Positions 19,297 to 29,135 of a stretch of 64,000 nt of DNA are shown piece by piece. The stretch covers positions 64,001 through 128,000 of the forward strand of contig BTVJ01000010.1 of the NCBI GenBank assembly GCA_045863395.1, in the 5' to 3' direction. The position numbers and the translations under genes were made by a program. Every line of letters begins with the position of its first letter. The stretch's first letter is position 1. The notes beneath the pieces are model-generated. The model was not told where the DNA came from, did not search any database, and saw nothing but the letters and a program-made list of their open reading frames with translations. The DNA is from Myxococcales bacterium. Its GTDB lineage: Bacteria; Myxococcota_A; UBA9042; JABWCM01; BTVJ01.

Positions 19297-20235
19297 ATGC
19301 ACACCATCGGAAGCACCCTCGGGTGGGTCCTCTTCATCCTGTTCGTGCTCGGCATGCTGGCCGTGGACCTCCTGGTCTTCAACCGGAAGGCCCACCGCCC
19401 CTCCATGAAGGAGTCCATCGCCTGGTCGGTGGTGTGGATCGCCGTCTCCCTGGCGTTCTGCGGCGGGATGGCCCTCTGGGTGGGGCCCACGCAGGGCTTG
19501 GAGTTCCTGGCGGGCTACCTCATCGAGAAGTCGCTGTCCGTGGACAACCTGTTCGTGTTCCTGCTCCTGTTCCGGTACTTCAACGTGCCCCTGGAGGACC
19601 AGCACCGGGTGCTGTTCTGGGGAATCCTCGGCGCCATCGTGACCCGCGCGATCTTCATCCTCGCCGGCGCCGCCCTCCTCGAGGCCTTCGACTTCATGTT
19701 CTATCTGTTCGGGGGCTTCCTGGTGTTCACCGCCATCAAGATGGTGGTCCACACCGACGAGGAGGTCCACCCGGACCGCAACATCTTCTTGCGGCTGCTG
19801 CGCCGCGTCGTCCCCATGACCATGAGCTTCAGCGGCCACCACTTCTTCGTGCGGGAGGGGGGCCGGCTGCTGGCCACGCCCATGCTGGGGGTCCTCGTCG
19901 CAGTGGAGACCACCGACGTGGTCTTCGCCGTGGACTCCATCCCCGCCGTGTTCGGGGTGACCCGTGACCCGTTCATCGTGTTCACGTCCAACATCTTCGC
20001 CATCCTGGGTCTGCGGGCCCTGTACTTCGTGCTCGCGGGCGCCCTCGGCGCGCTCCGCTACCTCAAGCAGGGGCTGGCGCTGATCCTGCTGTTCGTCGGC
20101 GTGAAGATGCTGGTCTCGGACCTCTGGCATCCGCCCATCGCCCTGTCCCTCGGGGTCATCGGGGGGATCCTGGCCATCGCCACCGGCGCCTCGGTCCTGG
20201 CGGACCGCTATGACCGGGAGCACCGCAGGGACTGA
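19297..20235 (+). CDS. TerC/Alx family membrane protein
   Basis: GYLIEKSLSVDNLFVF, ETTDVVFAVDSIPA, TSNIFAILGLRALYF. Confidence 0.95.
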   Translation: MHTIGSTLGWVLFILFVLGMLAVDLLVFNRKAHRPSMKESIAWSVVWIAVSLAFCGGMALWVGPTQGLEFLAGYLIEKSLSVDNLFVFLLLFRYFNVPLEDQHRVLFWGILGAIVTRAIFILAGAALLEAFDFMFYLFGGFLVFTAIKMVVHTDEEVHPDRNIFLRLLRRVVPMTMSFSGHHFFVREGGRLLATPMLGVLVAVETTDVVFAVDSIPAVFGVTRDPFIVFTSNIFAILGLRALYFVLAGALGALRYLKQGLALILLFVGVKMLVSDLWHPPIALSLGVIGGILAIATGASVLADRYDREHRRD

Positions 20236-20957
20236 CCGCCGTCCACGGTGATCAGCGTTCCCGTCACGAAGGGGCTCGCCCCGCAGAGGTAGAGGACCGC
20301 CTCCGCCACGTCGTTCGGCGTGCCCGCCCGCCCGGCGGGGACGGACGCGAGCACCCGCGCCCGCTCCTCCTCGCTGGCGTCGTCGGGGAACAGCACGGCC
20401 CCCGGAGCGACCGCGTTGACGGCGATGCCCTCCCGCGCGAGCGCCCGCGCGAGCCCCCTGGTCATGGCGAGCAGCCCTGCCTTGGATACCGAGTGGGGGA
20501 TGTAGCTCGGCCACGGCGCCAGCGCGGAGAGGTCCACGAGGTTGACGATGCGCCCCCCGCGTCCTCGCAGCAGCGGCAGCGCCGCCTGGACGCACCGCCA
20601 CGGCGCCGTCAGGTTCACGTCCAGGTGCAGTGCCCAGTCCTCGTCCGTGACCGCGTCGAGGGGCGTGCGGTGAAAGACCGACGCGCTGTTGACGAGCACG
20701 TCGAGCCCACCCCAGGCGGTCGCCACCTGGTCGAACATCGCGCGGATCGTGCCCTGGTCGCGGAGGTCGCCTCGCAGGAGCAGGGTCCTGCGCCCGAGCG
20801 CCTCTACGCGCCCGCACAGGTCCTCGGCCTCGTCGACGTGGGACCGGCAGTGGACGGCGAGGTCCGCCCCCGCCTCCGCGAGGCGCCACGCGATGGCGCG
20901 CCCGACGCGCACTGCGGCGCCAGTCACCAGCGCCTGCTTGCCTGCGAGCGTCTCCAT
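20208..20957 (-). CDS. SDR family oxidoreductase (pteridine reductase-like)
   Basis: TGAAVRVGRAIA, LVNSAS, VNAVAPG, VDGG; convergent 28-bp overlap with TerC. Confidence 0.88.
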   Translation of the reverse strand: METLAGKQALVTGAAVRVGRAIAWRLAEAGADLAVHCRSHVDEAEDLCGRVEALGRRTLLLRGDLRDQGTIRAMFDQVATAWGGLDVLVNSASVFHRTPLDAVTDEDWALHLDVNLTAPWRCVQAALPLLRGRGGRIVNLVDLSALAPWPSYIPHSVSKAGLLAMTRGLARALAREGIAVNAVAPGAVLFPDDASEEERARVLASVPAGRAGTPNDVAEAVLYLCGASPFVTGTLITVDGGQSLRCSRS

Positions 20958-21013
20958 GGGCCCTGTCTACGCCAGGGGGAGTCACCGCGTCAATCTGCGC
21001 GCCCCCCCTCGCG

Positions 21014-21042
21014 TTGCCCGCGCGAAGTGTTTCTGTTGTAAT
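21014..21042 (+). promoter_or_regulatory. Possible sigma70-type promoter for the 21077 gene
   Basis: TTGCCC-N17-TGTAAT in an intergenic region. Confidence 0.35.
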
Positions 21043-21076
21043 CGAGGCGAACCGGCGGAGCCACAGGAGGAGCCGC

Positions 21077-21478
21077 ATGAAGGACGACACGATGACCTAC
21101 GACACCATCCACCCGTTCCACGCCGTCGACAACCTGCTCGACGAGCTCGCCGGCGGCCCGCTCGAGGGCGTGCCCCTGGCGAGGGTGACGACGCTCGACA
21201 ACGAGTTCGAGGCGGAGGTGATCCGCAACGCCCTGGACGACAACCAGATCTCGTGTCTCATCCAGAGCTTCCGGGAGACGGCCTTCGACGGCCTCTTCAT
21301 CCCGCAGCGGTCGTGGGGCGCCCTGATCACCCGGGAGGACCAGGCGGAGGATGCCCTGCGCATCGTCCGGGACCTTCGAGCTACGTTCGCCGTGGAGGAT
21401 GACGAGGCCGAGGACGCGGACGACGAGGAGGGGGACGGAGGAGAGGCCACCGAGGAGCCCGGAGGCACCCCAGAGTAG
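21077..21478 (+). CDS. DUF2007-like putative signal-transducing protein with acidic tail
   Basis: TLDNEFEAEVIRNALDDNQISCLI...DGLF pattern; RBS AGGAGGAG. Confidence 0.7.
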   Translation: MKDDTMTYDTIHPFHAVDNLLDELAGGPLEGVPLARVTTLDNEFEAEVIRNALDDNQISCLIQSFRETAFDGLFIPQRSWGALITREDQAEDALRIVRDLRATFAVEDDEAEDADDEEGDGGEATEEPGGTPE

Positions 21479-21484
21479 CGCAGC

Positions 21485-22330
21485 CTACTTGAAGCTGCTG
21501 AACGCCTTGGAGATCTTGCCAGGCATCTCGGTCGCAGTGTTCGCGAGGCCCTTGGCGTCGGTCTGCACCTTCTTCGCCATGCCCTCGACCTCCTTCTTGA
21601 TGCCCTCGAACTCGCCCAGGTGACCCTGGATGGCGCCGCCGTCGGCCATGGGGTTCTTCAGCTCCACCTGGAGGCGCCCGTAGATCTCGCCCATCTTGGG
21701 CACGATGCCGCCGGCCGTCTTGAAGAGGCCCTCACCGCGGGCGGGGATCTCGCTCATCACGAGCTTGCGCAGCTCGTCCACCTGCTTGACCTTGAGGTCG
21801 ATGAAGGCGCGGGTGGCGTCGTTGGCGTTCTTCGGCAGCGCCTTGGCCTTCTCCAGCCCGGCCGGCGCGCAGGACGTCACGTTCTTGTAGGCAGCCTCGG
21901 AGGCCTTCTGCACATGCTTCAGGTCGCGCAGGCCCGCCTTCTGGTCGAAGGCGCCGGCGGCGTCCTTGAGGTCGACGCCCGCGTCGACGATCTCCTTGGC
22001 CTTGGTGACCGGCGTCTCCAGGCACTCCTGGAGGGCGGACGTCAGCTCCTTCAGCTTGAGCTGCTTGAGGTTGACCCCCTCGGGGATCTGGGCGAGGGCC
22101 TCGACCTTGGCGGTCGCCTCGTCCACGAGGCCCATGGCGAGGACGTACTCGCCCTTGAGCTCGGCGATGTAGCCGCGGGCCTCGTCCATGATGGCCTTGC
22201 CCGTGTCCTCCTTGGGGACCGCGGCGCCGACGCCGCCGAGCATCCCGCCGGTGGAACCGCAGCCGACCGCCGTCACCGCCACGCTGCCGAAGAGCGCGAC
22301 CGACGCCAGCACGCGAGAGATCTGCTTCAT
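21485..22330 (-). CDS. Helical Lys/Ala-rich lipoprotein, hypothetical
   Basis: Lipobox AVGC; RBS AGGAGG; strong GC3 codon bias. Confidence 0.8.
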   Translation of the reverse strand: MKQISRVLASVALFGSVAVTAVGCGSTGGMLGGVGAAVPKEDTGKAIMDEARGYIAELKGEYVLAMGLVDEATAKVEALAQIPEGVNLKQLKLKELTSALQECLETPVTKAKEIVDAGVDLKDAAGAFDQKAGLRDLKHVQKASEAAYKNVTSCAPAGLEKAKALPKNANDATRAFIDLKVKQVDELRKLVMSEIPARGEGLFKTAGGIVPKMGEIYGRLQVELKNPMADGGAIQGHLGEFEGIKKEVEGMAKKVQTDAKGLANTATEMPGKISKAFSSFK

Positions 22331-22571
22331 GACCGTCCTCCTTGCTTCACTACGATTGGGTGCCTGAGTTCAGAGCCGCGACGTTCCTAAACCGACCGGC
22401 CGCGGAAGTCAATGGGATTCGCAGGCCGATCGCGGCGGGACGGCTCTCGGAACAGGGCCCCGGCCCGGGAGGGCGTCGACGGTGCGCGGCGGGTGTCGAG
22501 GTCCGCGTCGGAAGGCCGCTCCCTTGCCTGCTCAGCGTCCGGGCGTAGAGTACGTGCCCATGGAGGGCGCG

Positions 22572-23603
22572 ATGAGGGTGTGGCTGCTGGTGTGCGTGGC
22601 GACGGGGTGCGCGGGGTCAGCGGAGCCGGCCGCGCCGTGGTCCCGCGACCTGGGCGTGGTGGAGGCCGCGGTCGGCGAGCCATGCGGGGACCTCACCACC
22701 GAGGGGTGCTGCGACGGAGACGACGTGCGCTTCTGCGACGGCGGGGTCGTCGGCCGCCTCTCGTGCAAGGACGGCTGCGGGTGGGACGGCGCAAAGGGGT
22801 GGTACGACTGCGGGCAGTCCGGGGCGGATCCCTCGGGGGACCACCCACTGAGCTGCCCCGGCGGGTGCGTCGCGGCCTGCGCAGGCAAGGCGTGTGGCGA
22901 CGACGGCTGCGGAGGCTCTTGTGGCTCGTGCAGCGCGGGGGAGGCGTGCAGCGACGGGGCCTGCACCGGGGACCCCTGCGCGACCATGCCGGCAGGAGGC
23001 CAGTGCAATCGCACGACCCTCCGCTGGTGCGAGGGGGGCACGCTCCACACCTACGACTGCGCCAAGCAGCAGAAGACCTGCGGCTATGACCCGGCGGCCG
23101 GCGCCAGCGACTGCCTGGGGACGGGCGGGTGCACGCCGAGCTGCGCCGAGAGGGAGTGCGGAAGCGATGGGTGTGGCGGCTCCTGCGGGAAGTGCGGCGA
23201 CGGCGAGGCCTGCGTAGCCGGCTCCTGCGAGGGCCCCGCGTGCCAGCCCGACTGCGCGGACCGCGAGTGCGGAGACGACGGCTGCGGCGGACTCTGCGGC
23301 ACCTGCCCGGAGGGGGAGTGCGAGGACGGCGTCTGCGAGGCCGCGCCCACGTGCACCCCGACCTGCGCCGGCAAGCAGTGCGGCCCCGACGGGTGCGGCG
23401 GAGTCTGCGGCACGTGCCCGGGGGGCTACTCCTGCACCGGCGGCACGTGCCTGGAGCCGACGCCGCTGGGAGGGGGGGGAGGGCTCCAGGAGCCCGGGGA
23501 CGCAGAGGAGCCCGCCGAGCCGACCCAGGGCTGCGGCGCCAGCGCGCCGGCCGCCCCCTGGGCCCTGCTCCTGCTGTTGCGGCGGCGCCCGCGACGCGCC
23601 TGA
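22572..23603 (+). CDS. Cys-rich repeat surface protein with MYXO-CTERM-like tail
   Basis: Four CxxxCxGxxCGxDGCGGxCGxC repeats; C-terminus GCGASAPAAPWALLLLLRRRPRRA. Confidence 0.85.
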   Translation: MRVWLLVCVATGCAGSAEPAAPWSRDLGVVEAAVGEPCGDLTTEGCCDGDDVRFCDGGVVGRLSCKDGCGWDGAKGWYDCGQSGADPSGDHPLSCPGGCVAACAGKACGDDGCGGSCGSCSAGEACSDGACTGDPCATMPAGGQCNRTTLRWCEGGTLHTYDCAKQQKTCGYDPAAGASDCLGTGGCTPSCAERECGSDGCGGSCGKCGDGEACVAGSCEGPACQPDCADRECGDDGCGGLCGTCPEGECEDGVCEAAPTCTPTCAGKQCGPDGCGGVCGTCPGGYSCTGGTCLEPTPLGGGGGLQEPGDAEEPAEPTQGCGASAPAAPWALLLLLRRRPRRA

Positions 23604-23721
23604 CGGGCGAGCCACAGACCGCGAGCGCTCGTGCCTGTCGTGGTGCCCGCCCTTGCCCCCAACCGACCCGCGGTCCATTCTGTCGGGGCGCGAGCGCGGG
23701 TCGAGCCATGCGGAGGAACCG

Positions 23722-25413
23722 ATGAAGAGCTACCTCGTGGCGGGAGTGAGCCTCGCCCTGGCCTCGGTCCTGGGCGCGTGCCCCGATGAGGCCGCAGAAT
23801 TCACCGACACGAAGCAGACCACCGACTCGGGCGTGGACGCTGGCGACGCCAGCCTCGCCGATGTGCCGGACTCCGGGGGAGTCACCCCGGACGCCAGCCT
23901 CCAAGACGCACCCGACACGGCGGGGAGCGGGGACACCGGCGAGGCGGCCGACGCGCTCGACACGGAGGTCGCTGCGGACGCCCTGGACACCTTGGACGGC
24001 GGCACCTGCTGCACGGCAGCGTCGGACTGCGCCCCGGGCAAGCGCTGCGTGGTCGGCGCGACGGGGCCCGGGTTCTGCGTCCCGGAGGAGCCCGGGCTGG
24101 GCAGGTGCTACACGAACGCGGACTGTGACAGCGGCACGGAGCTCTGGTGCGAGCAGGCGGAGCTCCCGCAGTGCGCGCCGGGCGCCCAGCCCGTCGAGGG
24201 GTGGTGCACCCACGTCGATCCCCCGCTGGACTGCTGCGTCGATGCCGGGACGTGCGAGCCCAACGATGTCTGCGTCCAGGGCAACTGCTTCCCCACGCCG
24301 CTCGTGGGCGCCTGCTTCGACGACTCCCACTGCGGCCAGGACGAGATCTGCGTCCAGGAGCTCGTGGTCCCCTGCCAGACGGGCAGCGGAGACCAATCCC
24401 ACCCTGGCTCGTGCGTCCCCAAGGACCAGGTGCCCGTCTGCTGCGGCGCCTCGTGGCCCTGCCCCGCCGGCATGACGTGCGGTCTCGTCCCGGGCGCAAA
24501 GGAGGACGGGACCTGCAAGCCGTCCGGCACCGCCGACGCCTGCTGGGGCGACGCGGAGTGCCCCACCGGCCTCAAGTGCAAGGGCGCCTTCACCTGCCCC
24601 TGCAACGCCCTCTGCGGGGTCATCGACACACCGGGGGTCTGCGCGGCGAGCCTCGACTGCTGCACCACCGACTGGGACTGCGAGCTCGGAGAGCGCTGCG
24701 TCGGCAACGGGACGGGCAACGGGATCTGCAAGCCCGTGCCCGCCTGGGGGAGCTGCTGGGACGGCAACGACTGCACCCCGACGCAGACCTGCGAGGGGGG
24801 AAGCGTCTGCTCCTGCGACGCCGACTGCGACCAGGAGGACACCCTTGGCACCTGCAAAGGCGGCGACAGCGGCTGCTGCACCGGCGCCCAGGTCTGCCCG
24901 GCGGGCTTCCAGTGCATGCCGCTGTCGGGCATCGGCTGGTCCACGTGCGTGGCGACCCCCGAGCCGGGGCGCTGCTGGAGCAACCAGGACTGCCCCTCCG
25001 GGCACACCTGCGAGGGAGCGGCCTTCTGCCCGTGCTCCTCGGACTGCGACATGAGCTACGAGGGGCCGGGCGTCTGCAAGCCCCCGACAGGCTGCACCCC
25101 GCTCGAGACCGCGTGGGTGACCGAGATCTGCGACGCCAAGAGCCTCGCCCTGTGGGATGGCACGAAGTGCGTCCAGACCTGCCCCGGGTGCTGTGGCTGC
25201 GAGCCCTTCTGCGACAAGACCTTCGAGTCCCTGGATGCCTGCCAGGCGACCTGCGGCTGCACGCTCTGGGACGGCTCCTGCGACGACGCCATCCCGCCCG
25301 CGCCCTGGTGGGCGCTGACGGCGAAGGGGTGCGAGGAGATCACGACCTGTGTGTGCGAGGGCTGCCCCGGAGCCTACCCGTCCAAGGCCGCCTGCGAGGC
25401 GTGTCTCAAGTAG
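23722..25413 (+). CDS. Cys-rich repeat lipoprotein
   Basis: Lipobox LGAC; acidic linker; repeated CC...DC...C / GxCWxxxDC modules. Confidence 0.85.
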   Translation: MKSYLVAGVSLALASVLGACPDEAAEFTDTKQTTDSGVDAGDASLADVPDSGGVTPDASLQDAPDTAGSGDTGEAADALDTEVAADALDTLDGGTCCTAASDCAPGKRCVVGATGPGFCVPEEPGLGRCYTNADCDSGTELWCEQAELPQCAPGAQPVEGWCTHVDPPLDCCVDAGTCEPNDVCVQGNCFPTPLVGACFDDSHCGQDEICVQELVVPCQTGSGDQSHPGSCVPKDQVPVCCGASWPCPAGMTCGLVPGAKEDGTCKPSGTADACWGDAECPTGLKCKGAFTCPCNALCGVIDTPGVCAASLDCCTTDWDCELGERCVGNGTGNGICKPVPAWGSCWDGNDCTPTQTCEGGSVCSCDADCDQEDTLGTCKGGDSGCCTGAQVCPAGFQCMPLSGIGWSTCVATPEPGRCWSNQDCPSGHTCEGAAFCPCSSDCDMSYEGPGVCKPPTGCTPLETAWVTEICDAKSLALWDGTKCVQTCPGCCGCEPFCDKTFESLDACQATCGCTLWDGSCDDAIPPAPWWALTAKGCEEITTCVCEGCPGAYPSKAACEACLK

Positions 25414-25423
25414 ATTGCGGGGC

Positions 25424-26839
25424 TCACAGCCCCGCGAGGTGGCTCACGAAGCGGTCCTGGAGCCGGCGGGCGGTCGCGGCCGGCTCCTTCAGGTCGTTGA
25501 CCAAGACGGCGAACGCGAGCCAGCGCCCGCCCTGGGTCTTCACGTAGCCGGACAGGGTGATCACGTCGTCCAGGGTGCCGGTCTTGGCGTGGACCCGCCC
25601 GCCCGTCTTCGCCATGCGCCCCTTGAGGGTCCCGGTCTTGCCCGCCACGGGCAGCGACGCGAGGAACGGCTCCCGCACCTTCTCCAGGCCCCACACGTGG
25701 CGCAGGAAGGCGACCATGTGCCTCGGGGCCATGAACTGCCCCCCGTAGAGCCCGGACCCGTTGTGGATCTCGAAGCCCCCTGTCGCCCCCGCCGCCTCCA
25801 GGAGCTTCGTGATCGCCGCCGCCCCCTTGGCCGCCGTGCCCGGCGCACCGGCGGACGCGGCCCCGACGTGGAGCAGCAGGACCTCCGCCATGTGGTTGTT
25901 GGACCACTCGTTGCAGTCCTTGGCGAGCGCCGCCACCGTCGGCGACGGCACGGTGATCATGGGCGGCTCGGCCTCGGGGGCGCGCCCGCGGACCACGTCG
26001 CCCTCGACGGTGATGCCCCGGCGCCGCAGCGCCTCCCGGAGCACGCGCCCCGTGACCAGCCCCGGATCGTCCACGCGCCGCCGCACGAGCCCGCCCTTGT
26101 TCGCCACGCCGATGGTGCCCGTGACGGTCACCAAGGTGCGCCCGTCGGCGGTGCCCCTGGCTCGCACCGTCAGGCGCTCCTCCTTGCCCTGCACCGTCGA
26201 CGCCTGGTTGGAGAAGTCCACGTCCCCTCCGTCGGGCGCCACGGAGACCCGCGCGGGTGAACCGACCGATGCCCCAGGCTTGAAGGTCACCGCGATGGCC
26301 CCGTACTCCATGGTCAGCGCCCCGATCGAGCAGCGGTAGGCCTCGTCGGTGTCCTTCAGGTCGTACCCGGGCGGCAGGCTCGCCCCCCCGAAGAGCGAGT
26401 CGTCCACGACGACGCCTCCCGTGACCCTGCGGACCCCCGCGGCCTTGATGGCGTTGGCGATGTGGGCGATGTCCTTGGCCATGAGCTTCGGGTTGCCCCT
26501 CCCGCGGATCACGAGGTCCCCCTGGATGGCGCCCAGCTCCGGCGAGCCATACACCTCCGTGGGGAAGGTCGCGTCGGGGCCCAGCGCCAGCAGCGCGGCC
26601 GCCGTCGTCAGCAGCTTGGCGTTGGAGGCCACGTTGTAGCGACCGTCCCCGTCGTGGCCGTACCAGAGCTCACCGCTCGTCACGTCCATGACCGCGGCGC
26701 CCACCCGCGCCTTGCCGATGGCGCCGTCGGCCACGATGGCGTCGAGGGCCTTGGCGAGCCCCGCCGGGGCCTCCGCGCGGGCGACCCCCGCCACCAGTAG
26801 GAGGACGGTGATGATCGCCCGCCGCAGTGTGTTGGACAT
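25424..26839 (-). CDS. dacB: D-Ala-D-Ala carboxypeptidase/endopeptidase (PBP4, peptidase S13)
   Basis: SxxK (ASNAK), SxN (WSNN), KTG (AKTGTL), NGSGL. Confidence 0.92.
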   Translation of the reverse strand: MSNTLRRAIITVLLLVAGVARAEAPAGLAKALDAIVADGAIGKARVGAAVMDVTSGELWYGHDGDGRYNVASNAKLLTTAAALLALGPDATFPTEVYGSPELGAIQGDLVIRGRGNPKLMAKDIAHIANAIKAAGVRRVTGGVVVDDSLFGGASLPPGYDLKDTDEAYRCSIGALTMEYGAIAVTFKPGASVGSPARVSVAPDGGDVDFSNQASTVQGKEERLTVRARGTADGRTLVTVTGTIGVANKGGLVRRRVDDPGLVTGRVLREALRRRGITVEGDVVRGRAPEAEPPMITVPSPTVAALAKDCNEWSNNHMAEVLLLHVGAASAGAPGTAAKGAAAITKLLEAAGATGGFEIHNGSGLYGGQFMAPRHMVAFLRHVWGLEKVREPFLASLPVAGKTGTLKGRMAKTGGRVHAKTGTLDDVITLSGYVKTQGGRWLAFAVLVNDLKEPAATARRLQDRFVSHLAGL

Positions 26840-26867
26840 GCCGGCTCCTCGGTGCTACCCGTTGCGC

Positions 26868-28568
26868 ATGACGCGCGCCCTGTTGCTGCTCGCCGCCCTG
26901 TGCGGCTGCTACCGCGAGCCCCCGACCCCGGGGGACGACGCCACGCGCCTCGTGGTCCTGCTGGACGGGGCCCCGCGGAGCCTCGACCCGCGCTTCACCA
27001 TCGACGCCACGTCCATGCGCGCCTCCCGCATGGTCTTCGAGGCGCTCGTGACCGTCGACAACCCGACCCTGGAGCCCGTGCCCCAGCTCGCCGAGGCCAT
27101 CGTGCCCGACCCGGACGACCCGCGGCTCTGGCGCGTGCGGGTGCGCCGGGGCGTCCGCTTCCACGACGGCGTGGAGCTGACCGGCCGGGACGTGGTCGAG
27201 ACCTTCCGCACGGTGCTCGACCCGGCCCTCGGATCCCCCTATCGTGCGGACTTCGCGCGCAAGATCAAGGATGTGCGCCTCGACCCGGCGGGCGACCCCT
27301 GGGACGTGCTCTTCACCGTCCAGCGCCCCTACGCGACCTTCGTGACCGACCTGGTGCTCGGCGTCGTCCCCGCCCATGCCTTGCGAGACGGGCAGCTCCC
27401 CGAGGGCCTCTACCTCGGGACGGGCCCCTACCGCTACGTGCGTCGCGACGGGGAGCGCACCCTGGTGCTGCGGCGCAACGAGGACTGGCACGGGGGCTCC
27501 GTGGGCCCCGAGTGGCTGATCTTCCGCACCATCGAGGACGAGAACACGCGCCTGCTGTCCCTGCTCGGCGGCAGCGGCGACCTGGTGCAGAACGGGGTGT
27601 CGCCCGTCCTCATCGACACGCTGGCCCAGCGCAAGGGGGTCCGCGTCGAGGCCGCCCGCAGCATCTCCTTCACCTACCTCGGGGTCAACCTGCGGGTGCC
27701 GGCGCTGGCGGACGTGCGGGTGCGCCGCGCCCTGGCGCACGGCATCGACCGGGAGTCCATCGTTGCCCACCGCTATGCCCGCCGGGCGCTGCTGGCCACC
27801 GGGATGCTCGCGCCCTTCCACTGGGCCTACGAGGGCGACGTGGAGCGCTACGAATACGACCCGGCGAAGGCGGAGGCGCTCCTCGACGAGGCCGGCTACG
27901 CGCGGGGAGCGGGCGGCGTCCGGCTGACCATCGAGCTGAAGCTCTCCAACAACCGCTTCCGGCGCAGCGTCGCCGAGCTGATCGCGCGGCAGCTCCGCGG
28001 CATCGGCGTGGACGTGCGCCTGCGCAGCTACGAGTTCGGCACCTTCTTCGCCGACATCCGCAAGGGCAACTTCGACATGTTCCTGCTCCAGCTCCCCGAG
28101 CCCGTGGAGCCGGACATGCTGCGCTGGATGCTCCACAGCATGGCGACCCCCGTGAAGGAGCCTTCGGGGGACCGGACGCCCTACGAGCGGGCCGACAGGC
28201 GCTACGTCAACCCGGGGGCCGAGGCGCTGCTCGGGGACGCGGACTGCGGCGCCTGGGCGCGGGAGGCGCTCAGGAAAGGAGAGGCCGCGAAGCGAGGCGA
28301 GCTCGACCTGGACATGGGCTCCGCCAACCGCACCTGGTTCTTCGACCCGCGCTTCGACTGCATGGTGGAGCTGGGGCTCGGCACGGTGGAAAGGGCCGAG
28401 CGGCGCCGCTACTATGCCGTGGCCCAGCGCATCGCGGCAGCCGAGCTGCCGGTCATCCCGCTGTGGCACGAGGACACTGTCGCGGTGATGCGGGACAAGG
28501 TGACCGGCTACACGCCGCTGCCCAACGGGCGCCTCGCCCCACTGACGGCCATCACGCTCCAGCCCTGA
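26868..28568 (+). CDS. ABC transporter substrate-binding lipoprotein, family 5 (peptide/nickel)
   Basis: Lipobox LCGC; SLDPR, VRFHDGVELT, GTGPY, DVRVRRALAHGIDR, YDPAKAEALLDEAG. Confidence 0.9.
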   Translation: MTRALLLLAALCGCYREPPTPGDDATRLVVLLDGAPRSLDPRFTIDATSMRASRMVFEALVTVDNPTLEPVPQLAEAIVPDPDDPRLWRVRVRRGVRFHDGVELTGRDVVETFRTVLDPALGSPYRADFARKIKDVRLDPAGDPWDVLFTVQRPYATFVTDLVLGVVPAHALRDGQLPEGLYLGTGPYRYVRRDGERTLVLRRNEDWHGGSVGPEWLIFRTIEDENTRLLSLLGGSGDLVQNGVSPVLIDTLAQRKGVRVEAARSISFTYLGVNLRVPALADVRVRRALAHGIDRESIVAHRYARRALLATGMLAPFHWAYEGDVERYEYDPAKAEALLDEAGYARGAGGVRLTIELKLSNNRFRRSVAELIARQLRGIGVDVRLRSYEFGTFFADIRKGNFDMFLLQLPEPVEPDMLRWMLHSMATPVKEPSGDRTPYERADRRYVNPGAEALLGDADCGAWAREALRKGEAAKRGELDLDMGSANRTWFFDPRFDCMVELGLGTVERAERRRYYAVAQRIAAAELPVIPLWHEDTVAVMRDKVTGYTPLPNGRLAPLTAITLQP

Positions 28569-28577
28569 CGGAGACCC

Positions 28578-29135
28578 ATGACCTCGCACGCGACCACGGG
28601 GGAGCGCACCCTCGACCGCCGCTCGATGTTCAAGACGGTGATCATCGCGGTCGCCGCCGGGGCCCTGGTCACGTCGCTCATCTGGAACCGGGGGCCCCGC
28701 AAGGGCGGAATGAAGCAGGGCACGGAGGCGCCGCCCTTCGCCCTGGCGGAGCTGCGCACGGGCGACACCGTGTCGCTGGCCGACCAGCGGGGCAAGCCGG
28801 TGCTGCTCGTGTTCTGGGCGACCTGGTGCGAGCCCTGCAAAGAGGAGCTGCCCGCCATCGACGCCTTGTATCGCAAGGTGGGGGACAAGGCGGCGGTCCT
28901 GACGCTGGTCAACGAGCCCCCGCCGGCGGTGCTCGGCTACCTGCGCACGGCCGCCGAGCGGGGCACGGACCTCACGTTTCCAGTGCTGCTGGACGGCTCG
29001 GGGCGCATCCACGTGTCCTACGCAGCGAAGAACATCCCCTACTCCGTGCTCATCGACCGGCATGGCGTCGTCGCCGCCAGCTTCGTTGGGGCGGTGGATC
29101 CAGGGGACCTCGAAGAGATGCTGATGGGGCTGTGA
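28578..29135 (+). CDS. TlpA/ResA-like thioredoxin-fold disulfide reductase
   Basis: N-terminal membrane anchor; APPFAL; FWATWCEPC. Confidence 0.9.
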   Translation: MTSHATTGERTLDRRSMFKTVIIAVAAGALVTSLIWNRGPRKGGMKQGTEAPPFALAELRTGDTVSLADQRGKPVLLVFWATWCEPCKEELPAIDALYRKVGDKAAVLTLVNEPPPAVLGYLRTAAERGTDLTFPVLLDGSGRIHVSYAAKNIPYSVLIDRHGVVAASFVGAVDPGDLEEMLMGL

